53,375 bases of DNA from a virus. Lineage: Duplodnaviria > Caudoviricetes. The notes under the pieces were generated by a model. The model was not told the DNA's origin, ran no database searches, and saw only the letters and a program-made list of their open reading frames with translations. The DNA lies in IMG/VR virus record IMGVR_UViG_3300048592_001369, positions 1 to 53,375 of that record. The stretch is one strand, 5' to 3'. The position numbers and the translations under genes are program-made. Below, piece after piece: positions 1 through 8,847 of this stretch (its first letter is position 1; each line of letters opens with the position of its first letter).

Positions 1-1284
1 CTACGCGGACTTACGCCGCCCCGTGACGGGGCTCAGTGTAGGGTTGCTGGCGCCCTGCTGGCGTGTTGCTGGCGTGGACGAGAGACGTGCCAGCAGGTCC
101 GCCGGAACCTCTCCCGGTAGCAGCGGAACGGGCGGCAGGTACTCACTCCCGCCGCACCACCGCGCGTAGTGCTCGGCTGTGACTGCGACGTCGGCGTGCC
201 CGAGCTGTTGGCTCAGATAGCCGAGCTGGACTCCTGCGGTCAGGAGCTGCGAGGCGAACGTGTCGCGAAGGTCCTTCGGGTTGCGCCGGCCGATGCCGGC
301 CCGCTCCCAGATCCTCCGCCACGCGCGCCGCCTCCAATTGTGCGGATCCACCCCCACGATTACCGTTCGGCTCGGCCTCGGCCGCAGCCGGCTCTCCTGC
401 AGATCGAGCAGCGCCGTGCGCAGCCTCCGCGAGAGGTGCACGTCTCTCGTCCGGCCCGACTTGGGGGCGCTGGGAGCGCCCCCGCGAGGGCGGTTGCTCT
501 CGCCGTCCAGGTGGAGGTGCCTCCCGCGATCGTTCGCGTCCGTGCCGAAAGCCACGCACTCCCACCGCAGGCCGAGCGCCTCGCCGAGCCGCAACCCGGA
601 GTCGAGGCAGAGCAGTACCAGCACGAGGTCTTGCAGGCTCTCCGCGCGCGCGGCCCAGACGAGCGCCGCGCATGCCTCGAGCGAGAGCGGGCGCACGTGC
701 CTCGCGCTCTCTGCCGCGCACCGGCCCTGCTTTGTGCGCGCGTGTCGCCGGAGGATCTGGCGAAACGCGGGCACGGGGCTGCTCTCGACGAGGCCGAGGT
801 CGATCGCGTACCCGTAGACGGCCTGCAGGACGTTGAGGTAGTGGCGGCCGGTCTGCAGGCTTCTGCGCGGCCTGGTCGTGACCTCGCTGCCGCGCGTGAC
901 CTCGACGGTCGCCTCCACCTCCTCGCCCCACCACGCGCGAAGCATCGCAGGCGTGATCTCATCCATCCGGTGAGATCCGAAGGCGCGGAGGATCGGTCCC
1001 GACTCCCGCAGATAGCCCGGGCGATCCCCGCGCGTCGTGGGCGCCAGGCGCGCGAGGTCCTCGCGCAGGTAGCGGCCGGCCATGTCGGCGAGCATCGGCG
1101 GTCGCCCATCGAGTCCGAGGGCGCCGTCCCGGGCCTGCTGGCGCCTGATCTCCGCGGCGATCTCCTCGGCCTCGGCCATGCCCTCGGGTGTGGCCTTGGC
1201 AACCTTGCGGCGATGCCTGCGCTGGCCCGGCCGCGTGACGACCACGTAGACCGTGTCTCGGATCCGCTCCGTCCATGCCGCCAT
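1..1284 (-). CDS. int: Tyrosine recombinase / phage integrase
   Basis: SGLRLGEALGLRW (R), PKSG (K), KDLRDTFAS, QLGH, EHY motifs. GAGGAG RBS before ATG 1284. Confidence 0.93.
   Translation of the reverse strand: MAAWTERIRDTVYVVVTRPGQRRHRRKVAKATPEGMAEAEEIAAEIRRQQARDGALGLDGRPPMLADMAGRYLREDLARLAPTTRGDRPGYLRESGPILRAFGSHRMDEITPAMLRAWWGEEVEATVEVTRGSEVTTRPRRSLQTGRHYLNVLQAVYGYAIDLGLVESSPVPAFRQILRRHARTKQGRCAAESARHVRPLSLEACAALVWAARAESLQDLVLVLLCLDSGLRLGEALGLRWECVAFGTDANDRGRHLHLDGESNRPRGGAPSAPKSGRTRDVHLSRRLRTALLDLQESRLRPRPSRTVIVGVDPHNWRRRAWRRIWERAGIGRRNPKDLRDTFASQLLTAGVQLGYLSQQLGHADVAVTAEHYARWCGGSEYLPPVPLLPGEVPADLLARLSSTPATRQQGASNPTLSPVTGRRKSA
45..74. repeat. Three TGCTGGCG direct repeats with 11-bp period; candidate integrase arm-type sites
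   Basis: Exact copies at 45-52, 56-63, 67-74 in the 3' end of int. Confidence 0.6.
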
Positions 1285-1309
1285 GGTGTTCGCTCCTCGG
1301 GACCTCATC

Positions 1310-1552
1310 CTACGCCAGGCTCTCGAGGATTCGGCGAGCCTTGTGCTCCACGGGCGAGAGGGGCTGCACGCTCGCAGCGGGCCGGGGCGGCAGGATGGTC
1401 TCCTGTGGGATCCTCCAATCTCGGCCATCCTTCCGCGCACCCGGGTAGTGCCCCTCCGCGCATCGCCGACGGATCGTGTAGACGCTCCGGCGCAGGATGG
1501 TCGCGACCTCGGAGGTGGTCAGGAACGGCGAGGTCCCGATCGGCACGCTCAT
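1310..1552 (-). CDS. xis: Excisionase-like HTH_17/MerR-type DNA-binding protein
   Basis: FLTTSEVATILRRSVYTIRRRCAEGHYPGARKDGRDWRIP; directly upstream of int. Confidence 0.8.
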   Translation of the reverse strand: MSVPIGTSPFLTTSEVATILRRSVYTIRRRCAEGHYPGARKDGRDWRIPQETILPPRPAASVQPLSPVEHKARRILESLA

Positions 1553-1722
1553 TCGCCTTCCCACTCGTCGAGGCACTGGTCCTCTGGCGCGGCATGCACC
1601 CACCGCCCGTCGTCCGTGAGCGCGATCTGCGTGCCCACGTCGATCGTCTCCCCGCACGCCGGGCAGCGGCCCTCCATGCTCGCCAGGACGGCGTTGCGCG
1701 CGGCCGGCCCCGGCTTCTTCAT
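1549..1722 (-). CDS. Small Zn-ribbon protein (57 aa)
   Basis: CPACG...WVH...C; ATGA-coupled on both sides. Confidence 0.6.
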   Translation of the reverse strand: MKKPGPAARNAVLASMEGRCPACGETIDVGTQIALTDDGRWVHAAPEDQCLDEWEGE

Positions 1723-3398
1723 GCCTTGCCCAACAGCATCGCGCTCGCGCGGAGCTCCGAGCCGCGCTCCTCGAGGAGCCCATTCGTGCGGAGCCGCGAG
1801 AGGTACGCGGAGAACGTCCCGCCGGTGTGTGCGAGGTCGCAGGCCGCGGCGAGCTCGGCGCGTGGGACCCAGGCCGGGTACTGCGCGAGGAGGGCGTCGA
1901 GCACGCGGCCCGCCGCGCTCGGGCCAACCGCGCGGCGCCACATGGCCTGCACCTCCTCGGGCGAGCTCGGCGTCGGCGGCACCTCGCCGGCGGCATCGAG
2001 GCCCGCGGGGTTGCAGCCCAGGAGATCTCCGTCCTCCTCGAGCAGGCCGTGAGAGCGGAGCCGCGAGAGGTAGGTGCTGAACGTCCCGCCTGTGTACGCG
2101 AGGCCTGCCAGCGTCCCGAGCTGCGCGCGGGTGAAGCGCGCCGGGTGGCGCGACGCGAGGACCGCGAGCAGCCGGCGCTCGGCGCCGAGGTGGAGATCGA
2201 CGGAGCTCACACCGCGGACGGGCTGCATCGGGGGAGCTGCCGGTCGTGCTCGCGCGGGGCGTGTCGACAGGTCGATCTCGAGGGGCTCGCGCACGGCATC
2301 GGCGGCCTTCTGCACTGCGACCAGCGCGGCATCGAGCGCGTGCGCAGTCCGTCCGTCGCGTGCCTGCACGTGTGCGGCGAACCGAGAGAGCCGCGCCTCC
2401 GCCTCGCGCGCCCCCTCGGCCCGTCCGGCGTCGCGGGCCCGAGAGAGGGCCTTCGGGTCGCTCTCGCGGGTGCTCCGCTTGGCCGCGGCGAGCTCGCGCT
2501 GGAGATCGACGATCTGGCGCTGAGCCTCGTCGATCGTGCGGGCTTCGCGTTCGGCCTCATGGGGTAGGTCGGCCATCTGTGCGAGAACGCGCTGCACGGT
2601 CTCCCTCGGCGGCGCCGGTCGCGCACGCTGGCCGCGTCGCACCCCGTGGACCGTCTCCGTCTCGCCGACCTGCACGCGCACGACGAGATCCGAGAGCGCC
2701 GGCCCGAAGACGAAGAACTCCCCACGCGGGAGCTCGGCGAGCCGCCGGGCTTCTTCTCGGCCCGCGAACCCGAGCTCGTAGGCCGCGCGCTTCACGTCCG
2801 CGTCGAGCGTGGTGCGTCCGATCAGGCGGTTGCCGCACTGCGCAACCACGCTCTTGGCGAGATCCGAGATCCGCTGTGTGACGGCACAGAGCGCGAAGCC
2901 GCGCTTGCGTCCGCGGGTCGCGAGGTCGATCACGGCGGCCGCCGACTCGGCCTCGCGTCCCGATTGCGGCGCGAAGAGGTGGGACTCCTCGAGGACGACG
3001 AGCACGGGATGCCAGAGCGAGCGAGGCGCGGCCAGGAGCGACTCGAGCAGCGCCCGCACGAACCGGGTGCGATCGTGGGGGCGCAGCTCGGAGACGTTCA
3101 GGATTGCCGACGCGCCGAGCTCGAGCAGTCGGCGGGCGAGCAGGCTGGCGCTTCGCGGCTCGGCGGCGCAGTCGCCGTCGGCGCCGGCGAGGACGTAGTC
3201 GTACCGCTCGCGGAGCGAGACATACTCCCCTTCGACGTCGACGACCAGGTGCTGCACCCGGCCGTGGGTCTGCTCGAGGAGCCGCCGCACGGCGTAGCTC
3301 TTGCCGCTGCCGCTCGTGCCCTGGACGAGCAGCCGCGACTCCACCAAGCGCTCGAGGTCGATCGCGAGGGGCTGCGTGCCGGCGGCTCCGAGGATCAT
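1719..3398 (-). CDS. HerA/FtsK-like (DUF87) ATPase with coiled coil and two C-terminal winged-helix repeats
   Basis: Walker A GTSGSGKS, DVEGEY, Walker B VLVVLEESHLFAP, RGRKRG arginine finger, VTQR; duplicated GGTFSxYLSRLRxxGLLEE. Confidence 0.85.
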   Translation of the reverse strand: MILGAAGTQPLAIDLERLVESRLLVQGTSGSGKSYAVRRLLEQTHGRVQHLVVDVEGEYVSLRERYDYVLAGADGDCAAEPRSASLLARRLLELGASAILNVSELRPHDRTRFVRALLESLLAAPRSLWHPVLVVLEESHLFAPQSGREAESAAAVIDLATRGRKRGFALCAVTQRISDLAKSVVAQCGNRLIGRTTLDADVKRAAYELGFAGREEARRLAELPRGEFFVFGPALSDLVVRVQVGETETVHGVRRGQRARPAPPRETVQRVLAQMADLPHEAEREARTIDEAQRQIVDLQRELAAAKRSTRESDPKALSRARDAGRAEGAREAEARLSRFAAHVQARDGRTAHALDAALVAVQKAADAVREPLEIDLSTRPARARPAAPPMQPVRGVSSVDLHLGAERRLLAVLASRHPARFTRAQLGTLAGLAYTGGTFSTYLSRLRSHGLLEEDGDLLGCNPAGLDAAGEVPPTPSSPEEVQAMWRRAVGPSAAGRVLDALLAQYPAWVPRAELAAACDLAHTGGTFSAYLSRLRTNGLLEERGSELRASAMLLGKA

Positions 3399-3862
3399 GC
3401 GCGGGGCCATGCGCGGTCCCATCTCGAGCGCTTCGCGCCGCGCCGCATCGCGTCGACGAGCTCCGCCAGATCGGTCACGACACGATCCGCGCAGCCGTAC
3501 ATGAGCTCGGGCTCTTGAGCCTCGGTCGCCAGGATCACGGTGTACTTGCCGAACCCGATCCCCATACCGAGTTCGAGGTGGGCGCTGCGACCGCACGGCG
3601 TCACGAGCACCACGGCGTCGGCCTCGTGTAGCGCCACCTCATCCTGCACACGTCCCGAGATCGCGATCGGATTCGTGAGCGCATCGATGAACTGGCGCGT
3701 AGACCATTCGGTCCACGCCGGATCGATCGCGCTCCACTGGAACCCGGCGTCGCCTGGCTTCGGGTTCCGAAAGTCGTAGACGTCGTGCCCGGCGGCACGG
3801 AGCATGCGCACGACGTCGGGCTGCTGCTCGTTGCGCCACGACGAGGCGACGTACACCTTCAC
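3395..3862 (-). CDS. Nucleoside 2-deoxyribosyltransferase-like protein
   Basis: KVYVASSWRN, GHDVYDF, ADAVVLVTPCGRSAHLELG with conserved Glu; GTG start coupled to the upstream stop. Confidence 0.7.
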   Translation of the reverse strand: MKVYVASSWRNEQQPDVVRMLRAAGHDVYDFRNPKPGDAGFQWSAIDPAWTEWSTRQFIDALTNPIAISGRVQDEVALHEADAVVLVTPCGRSAHLELGMGIGFGKYTVILATEAQEPELMYGCADRVVTDLAELVDAMRRGAKRSRWDRAWPRA

Positions 3863-4731
3863 AGCGCCTCCCGTGTGAGGGCCGCCACCTCCACGGTCTT
3901 GAGAGCGCCGATCCCCACGAGGAAGTCCTTGTCGAGGAGACTCTCCAGGAACGCGACGGCGTCGCGCCGGGCCGCGTGGAGCGGGAGCTCGAGCCCCGGA
4001 CAGTCGAGCGTGAAGACGACGCCCTTGCCCGCGCCCGGATCCATGTTCACGAAGACCTCGAGCACGTAGGTCAGCTCGCTCCGTTCGTCCGCGCTGCCCA
4101 CGGCCTCGACGCCGGCGATGATGGGCGTGACCACGAGGAATTTCGGCGGCAGGCTCACGTTGATCGTGGTCTTGTCGGTACTGCCGAAGAGCCGCGGCGA
4201 GCCCGTCGCGTCGATCTCGCTGCGGAAGTCGCCACTGGTCACGACGGAAACCTGCTGCAGCTTCGCGAGCAGCGTCTCGGCCTGCTCGCCGAGGCTCTTT
4301 GCCTGACCGCGCACCAGGCGCAGCAGATCCCGCTGGGACAGAGGCCTGCCGATCGCGTCCATCCACGCCGCGAACGTCGGATGCCGCAGGAGCCGGCAGG
4401 TGATCTCGTCACTCGTGGGGCTGGCCGGAAAGAACCGGGCGCGGATCTCCGAGTGGTCGACGAGGATGTCGGTCGTCGCCGGGTAGGCGACGTGCGCGAC
4501 GAAGGCCGCGAACGTGCGCAGATCCTCGAAGACGTGTCGACGCACCACGCGCCGCGGCCCCGCGAGCCGCTCCAGGCGGTAGCCCTCGCGTACCACGGCG
4601 ACCTGGCCGTCGCCGTTCGGGCTCGGCGCGAGCCGGAGCTCCGGTGTCGGCTCTTGCGCCTCGATCAACGTGGCGTGTTGCGCCTGTACGGTACTCCCCT
4701 CGACCAGCAGATCGTCTCTCTCGTTCGTCAT
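3859..4731 (-). CDS. DUF2303/YfdQ-like phage protein
   Basis: 290 aa; FAAFV...ILVD...FAAWMDAIGRPLSQ pattern; paired with a small upstream gene. Confidence 0.55.
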   Translation of the reverse strand: MTNERDDLLVEGSTVQAQHATLIEAQEPTPELRLAPSPNGDGQVAVVREGYRLERLAGPRRVVRRHVFEDLRTFAAFVAHVAYPATTDILVDHSEIRARFFPASPTSDEITCRLLRHPTFAAWMDAIGRPLSQRDLLRLVRGQAKSLGEQAETLLAKLQQVSVVTSGDFRSEIDATGSPRLFGSTDKTTINVSLPPKFLVVTPIIAGVEAVGSADERSELTYVLEVFVNMDPGAGKGVVFTLDCPGLELPLHAARRDAVAFLESLLDKDFLVGIGALKTVEVAALTREAL

Positions 4732-4735
4732 GGTC

Positions 4736-5095
4736 CTATTCCCCCCTCTGTGCGCCCGGGACGGGCAACGGGAAAAGCTTCTGCTGCTCGACCTCGGGCT
4801 GGACGAGCAGCACGCCGTCGCGCACGAAGACCGCTTCGCTCACCGTGCGCCGCCGCGGCCTCTTGAGCTCGCAGCCCACCTCGACGATCCGTGTGCGCGA
4901 CTCCAGGTCGTACGTCATCTCGACCGTGGCGGTGATCTTGGTCTTGATGCGGCCCTTCGATTCCTCGAACGCGTGTGCTTCGTCGAAGATCGCGAGCGTC
5001 TCCGTGAGGCACTCCTGGAAGCGTTCCTGCAGGGCGCCTTGCCCCGCGTTCATGAGCGTCATCTCTTCGAACTTGAACTCGGCCCCGTTCGCCAT
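4736..5095 (-). CDS. YfdP-like phage protein (partner of DUF2303)
   Basis: MNAGQGALQERF...KITATVEMTYD; GAGG/GGAG RBS; position upstream of the DUF2303-like gene. Confidence 0.5.
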   Translation of the reverse strand: MANGAEFKFEEMTLMNAGQGALQERFQECLTETLAIFDEAHAFEESKGRIKTKITATVEMTYDLESRTRIVEVGCELKRPRRRTVSEAVFVRDGVLLVQPEVEQQKLFPLPVPGAQRGE

Positions 5096-5109
5096 GCTCC
5101 CCCTCCTCG

Positions 5110-5406
5110 TTACCCCACCACCTCCCAGCGCACTTGCTGGGAGCCGTGCTCGATCCGCCGGACGAGCCCGCGCTGTGCGAGCTCGGGCAAGCGTCTCGCG
5201 ACCAGGTGCCGGTCGACGCCGTGGCGGGCCGCGAGCTCGCCGCTCGTGAGCCCCGGCGTTGCTCGGACGAGCTCGAGGACGCGCGCGGCCTGGCGGGCGC
5301 CGCGACCGCTGCGCTCGAGATCGTCGGCCGCTCGGTGACTCGCGAGCGGATCTCGTGTCGCCGCGCGAGGCAGCCGATCGAAGAGTCCGGGCTGGCCCGC
5401 CCTCAC
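5110..5406 (-). CDS. Winged-helix DNA-binding protein
   Basis: RDPLASHRAA...VLELVRATPGLTSGELAARHGVDRHLVARRLPELAQRGLV. Confidence 0.7.
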   Translation of the reverse strand: MRAGQPGLFDRLPRAATRDPLASHRAADDLERSGRGARQAARVLELVRATPGLTSGELAARHGVDRHLVARRLPELAQRGLVRRIEHGSQQVRWEVVG

Positions 5407-5585
5407 CACGCGTGCCAGAGCGCGAGGGCGCCGTACGCGGCGAGCCCGTAGAGGGTGAGCAGGTAGAGGGCGGCCGCGGGGTAGGTGGCGCGCCGGGCGC
5501 AGCGCCGGACGAACCCCTCGGCCCGCGACGGTCGCGGCGAGATGCGTTGGCCACTCAGGCACCGAAGTCGAGCTCGATCGTTCAT
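5403..5585 (-). CDS. Small membrane protein
   Basis: C-terminal hydrophobic helix AALYLLTLYGLAAYGALALW; GAGGAGG upstream. Confidence 0.45.
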   Translation of the reverse strand: MNDRARLRCLSGQRISPRPSRAEGFVRRCARRATYPAAALYLLTLYGLAAYGALALWHAW

Positions 5586-5604
5586 CGTCACCCCCCTCCT
5601 CGGG

Positions 5605-5814
5605 TCAGCTCGCGTCGTCCTCGCGACCGAGGGCGTCGAGCGCCGCCCGCTCGCGGCGAAAGCAGTCGGGACACAGGCCATGGCTCGTGACGACCGCCGC
5701 GCCGCTCCACTCCCACCTCTCGCGCGCGTACTCGCGGCCGCACCCAGGGAGGAAGGCACCGCTGCACACGCGGATCGCGAGCGTGGTCGGGACGCACGTG
5801 GCGGCGGCCATCAC
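5605..5814 (-). CDS. Small Cys/His (Zn-binding) hypothetical protein
   Basis: RVCSG...GCG...TSHGLCPDCF; ATGA coupling. Confidence 0.5.
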   Translation of the reverse strand: MMAAATCVPTTLAIRVCSGAFLPGCGREYARERWEWSGAAVVTSHGLCPDCFRRERAALDALGREDDAS

Positions 5815-6080
5815 GCGCCGGCTCCCGCGGCCGACATCTCGCGGTCGCGCTCCGCCCTCGCCTCGAGCACCCGCTCCAACCGACGCCGGAGCCGGAACGT
5901 CTCGGCCTCCACGTCGGCGAGACGGAGTCGTGTCTCGGTCGACGGCCGTGCGCCACGCCCGGCCTCCGTGCGCACGAAGACGTCGATCTGCTTCATGCGG
6001 CTCTCGGCCTGCGCGAGCGTGCGGCGCACGTGGCGCTCCTCGATCTCGAGATCCGCGTACGCGCTCCAGTGCTTTGCCAC
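5811..6080 (-). CDS. Coiled-coil hypothetical protein
   Basis: Fills the operon gap in frame; helical charged sequence. Confidence 0.5.
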   Translation of the reverse strand: MAKHWSAYADLEIEERHVRRTLAQAESRMKQIDVFVRTEAGRGARPSTETRLRLADVEAETFRLRRRLERVLEARAERDREMSAAGAGA

Positions 6081-6083
6081 CGC

Positions 6084-7424
6084 TCAGAAGTCCTCCGCGG
6101 AGACGCTCGGCGTGGCCGAGACGCCGAGCTCGAGGCAGGCCTGGCCGTACTCGTCGAGCGTGAGGTCGGGGACGTCGGTGACGTTGCGCTTGGCGAGGCG
6201 CCGGAGAAACGTCGTGCGCTTCGCCGGCGTCGCGAGGCCCGCCTGCGCCATCGCCTGCGAGAGGTGTCGCGCGTGGTCTGCGGTCAATCGCTCGCGTGCC
6301 GCGTCGGCCTCGATCTCGCGCGGTGCCGCCGCGAAGGGGTCCTCGGGCTCGGCCGAGGCCTCCGGAGCCGGTGCGTCATCTCCGGCTCCGGAGGCGACAG
6401 GCGCAACGTGCTTTGCGCCATGGTCCCGCGTCTCGGTGCGATCGATCACCGGCTCCTCGTCGAGGACCTCGCCCGTCGACGGATCGAACCGGATCTGCGA
6501 GAGGTCGTCCTCGGGGGTCGCCTGGTAGAACTCGGCATCGATCGCAGCCTCCGCAGCGGGGCCCGGCTCCGCGGTGGCATGGGCGATCGTCGCTTCGAGC
6601 CGCCGGATCTCGGCCCGCTGCGGGGCCACGACGGCGAGCGCACCGCGGGCCTCGCTCACGAGCTGGCGGTACGAGCCGGGGTAGTAGAGCCGAGCGATCT
6701 GCGCCTTGCCGGCCGGGGCTCCGTTTGCGGGCTGGACGCGCTGCGTGACGAGCTCGAAGACGAGCGGGACGAAGCGGATGGTTCCGGCCACGGCCTGGAC
6801 CTGCTGCAGGCCTCCCTCGATCGCGTGGATCGACGCCCAGCTCGAGGTCCGGAATTGGTAGAAGCCTCCTACGACGTGCTGGCCGTCGAGGACGAAGTTG
6901 AGGTGCGCGCTCGGCTTGCACTTGCGCTCGGCGAACTCGAGGCATGTCGCCCCGCACGGTGCGTGTTCGCGCTGCGGACCCACCGCGACCTTGTCGCCGG
7001 CGACCGTCACCTCGGTCCGGAGGGCCGTCTTGCCGTCGCCGTAGCACACGCGCCGGCGGCCCCGATACCACGCGAGGCTCGTCGGGAAGACCGTGTCGAG
7101 GTCGTCGCTCGGCAGATAGATGCCGAGACGCCGCGGCAGACCGCGAGGAAGCCGCACCTTCCAGCGCCGCTCGATCTCCTCGCACCGATCGCAACCTCCG
7201 CACGTGAGCATCGCGTCGCCCGCGCGCTCCATGAGCGCCAGCATGAGCGGGAGGTCGAGCTCGAGTACGTCCCCGGCGTCGCGCGAGGGACGCCGGATCT
7301 CCAGGTGGTCGAACTTGCGCGGGTGCTTCTCGCCGGGTTCGCCGATCACGACGTAGCCGAGCACCTGCGGGCGCGGATCGATCATCGCGAGGCGACCGGG
7401 GCGGCGAGGGGCGGTGGCGGTCAT
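6084..7424 (-). CDS. Gp3-like ('recombination directionality factor-like') phage recombination/replication protein
   Basis: IGEPGEKHPRKFDH, CYGDGKTA, C-x3-C...CKPSAHLNF, GGFYQFRTSS; acidic linker DPSTGEV. Confidence 0.7.
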   Translation of the reverse strand: MTATAPRRPGRLAMIDPRPQVLGYVVIGEPGEKHPRKFDHLEIRRPSRDAGDVLELDLPLMLALMERAGDAMLTCGGCDRCEEIERRWKVRLPRGLPRRLGIYLPSDDLDTVFPTSLAWYRGRRRVCYGDGKTALRTEVTVAGDKVAVGPQREHAPCGATCLEFAERKCKPSAHLNFVLDGQHVVGGFYQFRTSSWASIHAIEGGLQQVQAVAGTIRFVPLVFELVTQRVQPANGAPAGKAQIARLYYPGSYRQLVSEARGALAVVAPQRAEIRRLEATIAHATAEPGPAAEAAIDAEFYQATPEDDLSQIRFDPSTGEVLDEEPVIDRTETRDHGAKHVAPVASGAGDDAPAPEASAEPEDPFAAAPREIEADAARERLTADHARHLSQAMAQAGLATPAKRTTFLRRLAKRNVTDVPDLTLDEYGQACLELGVSATPSVSAEDF

Positions 7425-7666
7425 CGGGTCTCCCTGATCGTGGTGGTGGGGCGAGCGCCGCGGATCCGCGCGAGTCGCTCTCTCCACTGCGCGCGCTGCT
7501 CTTCTCGCTCCCGGCGGGTGCGCTCGATGCGCCGCACGAGGTCGGCGCGGTCCGCGGGAGGGCGGGACGGCGACGGCGCCTTCGGGCCTTCCCGGTCGAG
7601 GTGCGGCCGATCGCCCCCGGGGCCACGCTGCGCGAGCGCCAGGCGGTGGTACGCTCTTGCTTCGAC
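7421..7666 (-). pseudogene. 3' fragment of an early gene split by the TA insertion
   Basis: Stop overlaps the Gp3-like ATG (ATGA); joins in frame to 8746-8847 across a GAGAG repeat. Confidence 0.55.
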
Positions 7667-7684
7667 GAGAGGGAGCCCGTGGCG

Positions 7685-8347
7685 ATGCGTGACGACGGCC
7701 TCATCGGGCGCGGTGTCTATGGCATCGGGGACGCCGCCCGGCTCGCGCAGATCCCACGGCAGCGCGTGGCGCGGTGGGCGACGGGTCTGGTGCGAGCGCG
7801 CCGGGTCGAGGCGCACGCCCTGGCACTCAATTTTCTCGACCTCATGGAGCTGCGCGCGGTGGAGCAGTTCCGGCGGGCCGGCGTGAGCCTGCAGGCCATT
7901 CGCCGAGCGCACGAGCGAGCGAGCGAGGTCGTGGGTCACGAGCATCCGTTTTCCACGCGCACGTTCAAGACCGACGGCCGCACGATTCTGATGGAGCTCG
8001 CGAAGGAGCAGGCGCGGCGGGAGGCGGCGTTACTCGACCTGCTGCGCCAGCAGCTCGTCTTCGGTCGCATCCTCGAGCCGTACCTGCGCGGCGTTGAGTT
8101 CGGCCGCGAGAAGCTGCCAGTCCGCTGGTGGCCGCTCGATCGCGCGGGCGGCATCGTGCTGGACCCCGAGCGCTGCTTCGGACAGCCGATCGTTGCGCGC
8201 GAGGGGATCCCTGCGGCCGTGCTGGCGGCCACAGCTCGCGCCGAAGGCGGCGATGCCGCCTCGATTCGCCGCGCTGCGCACTGGTACGGTGTGCCGCCGG
8301 CCGCAGTGCGATCCGCTCTTCGCTTCGAGGAATCGCTCGCCGCTTGA
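7685..8347 (+). CDS. DUF433-containing antitoxin (VapB45-like, N-terminal HTH)
   Basis: GVYGIGDAARL, LNFLDLMELR, HPFST, IVLDPERCFGQPIV, VRSALRFE. Confidence 0.85.
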   Translation: MRDDGLIGRGVYGIGDAARLAQIPRQRVARWATGLVRARRVEAHALALNFLDLMELRAVEQFRRAGVSLQAIRRAHERASEVVGHEHPFSTRTFKTDGRTILMELAKEQARREAALLDLLRQQLVFGRILEPYLRGVEFGREKLPVRWWPLDRAGGIVLDPERCFGQPIVAREGIPAAVLAATARAEGGDAASIRRAAHWYGVPPAAVRSALRFEESLAA

Positions 8348-8742
8348 AGTTCTTCGTCGACGCATGCATCTCGCCAAAGCTCGCCCGTGCGATTAAGGCG
8401 CTCGACGACTCCGACGAAATCGTGCATCTGCACGATCGATTCCCGCAGGGCACGACGGACGCGCGCTGGCTCGGCGAGCTCGGGCGCGAGCGCGATTGGG
8501 TGGTCGTGTCGGCGGACCCGCGGATCTCGCGAGGGAGCGCCGAGCGCGCCGCATGGAAGGACGCTGGGCTCACGGCCTTCTTCTTCGCGAGCGGGTTCAC
8601 AAACATGAAGATCTGGAAGCAGGCGGAGACCCTGGTGAGATGCTGGCCGCTGATGAGAGCCCAGGCCCGCCTCGCAGCGCCGGGCTCCGGCTTCCTCGTG
8701 CCGATCCAGGGCAACAAGCTGAAGCCGATCATCGGCCCGTAG
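8344..8742 (+). CDS. PIN-domain toxin (VapC45/DUF5615-like)
   Basis: KFFVDACISPKLA, GTTDARWL, VVVSADPRI, ERAAW; TTG overlaps the antitoxin stop. Confidence 0.85.
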   Translation: MKFFVDACISPKLARAIKALDDSDEIVHLHDRFPQGTTDARWLGELGRERDWVVVSADPRISRGSAERAAWKDAGLTAFFFASGFTNMKIWKQAETLVRCWPLMRAQARLAAPGSGFLVPIQGNKLKPIIGP

Positions 8743-8745
8743 GAT

Positions 8746-8847
8746 GAGAGCGCCCCTCGCATGGAAGTGCTCGCCGCCGGCGCCGATCTGGATATCCATG
8801 ATCAGCGCCGTCAACAGGGCCTCGTCGAGACGGGTGTCGCCGGTCAT
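8746..8847 (-). pseudogene. 5' fragment of the early gene split by the TA insertion
   Basis: ATG 8847 overlaps the upstream stop (ATGA); reads MTGDTRLDEALL...HARGAL up to the junction. Confidence 0.5.

Noticed and set aside
169-2052. Many long alternative-frame/antisense ORFs (e.g. 169-2052, 6030-7886, 25574-27829, 41258-44602)
   Set aside because: Arg/Pro/Ala-rich shadows expected at high GC, overlapping genes with clear family motifs.
6084-7424. True recombination directionality factor for this integrase
   Set aside because: Gp3 RDF activity is described for serine integrases; here int is tyrosine-type and has an adjacent Xis-like gene.
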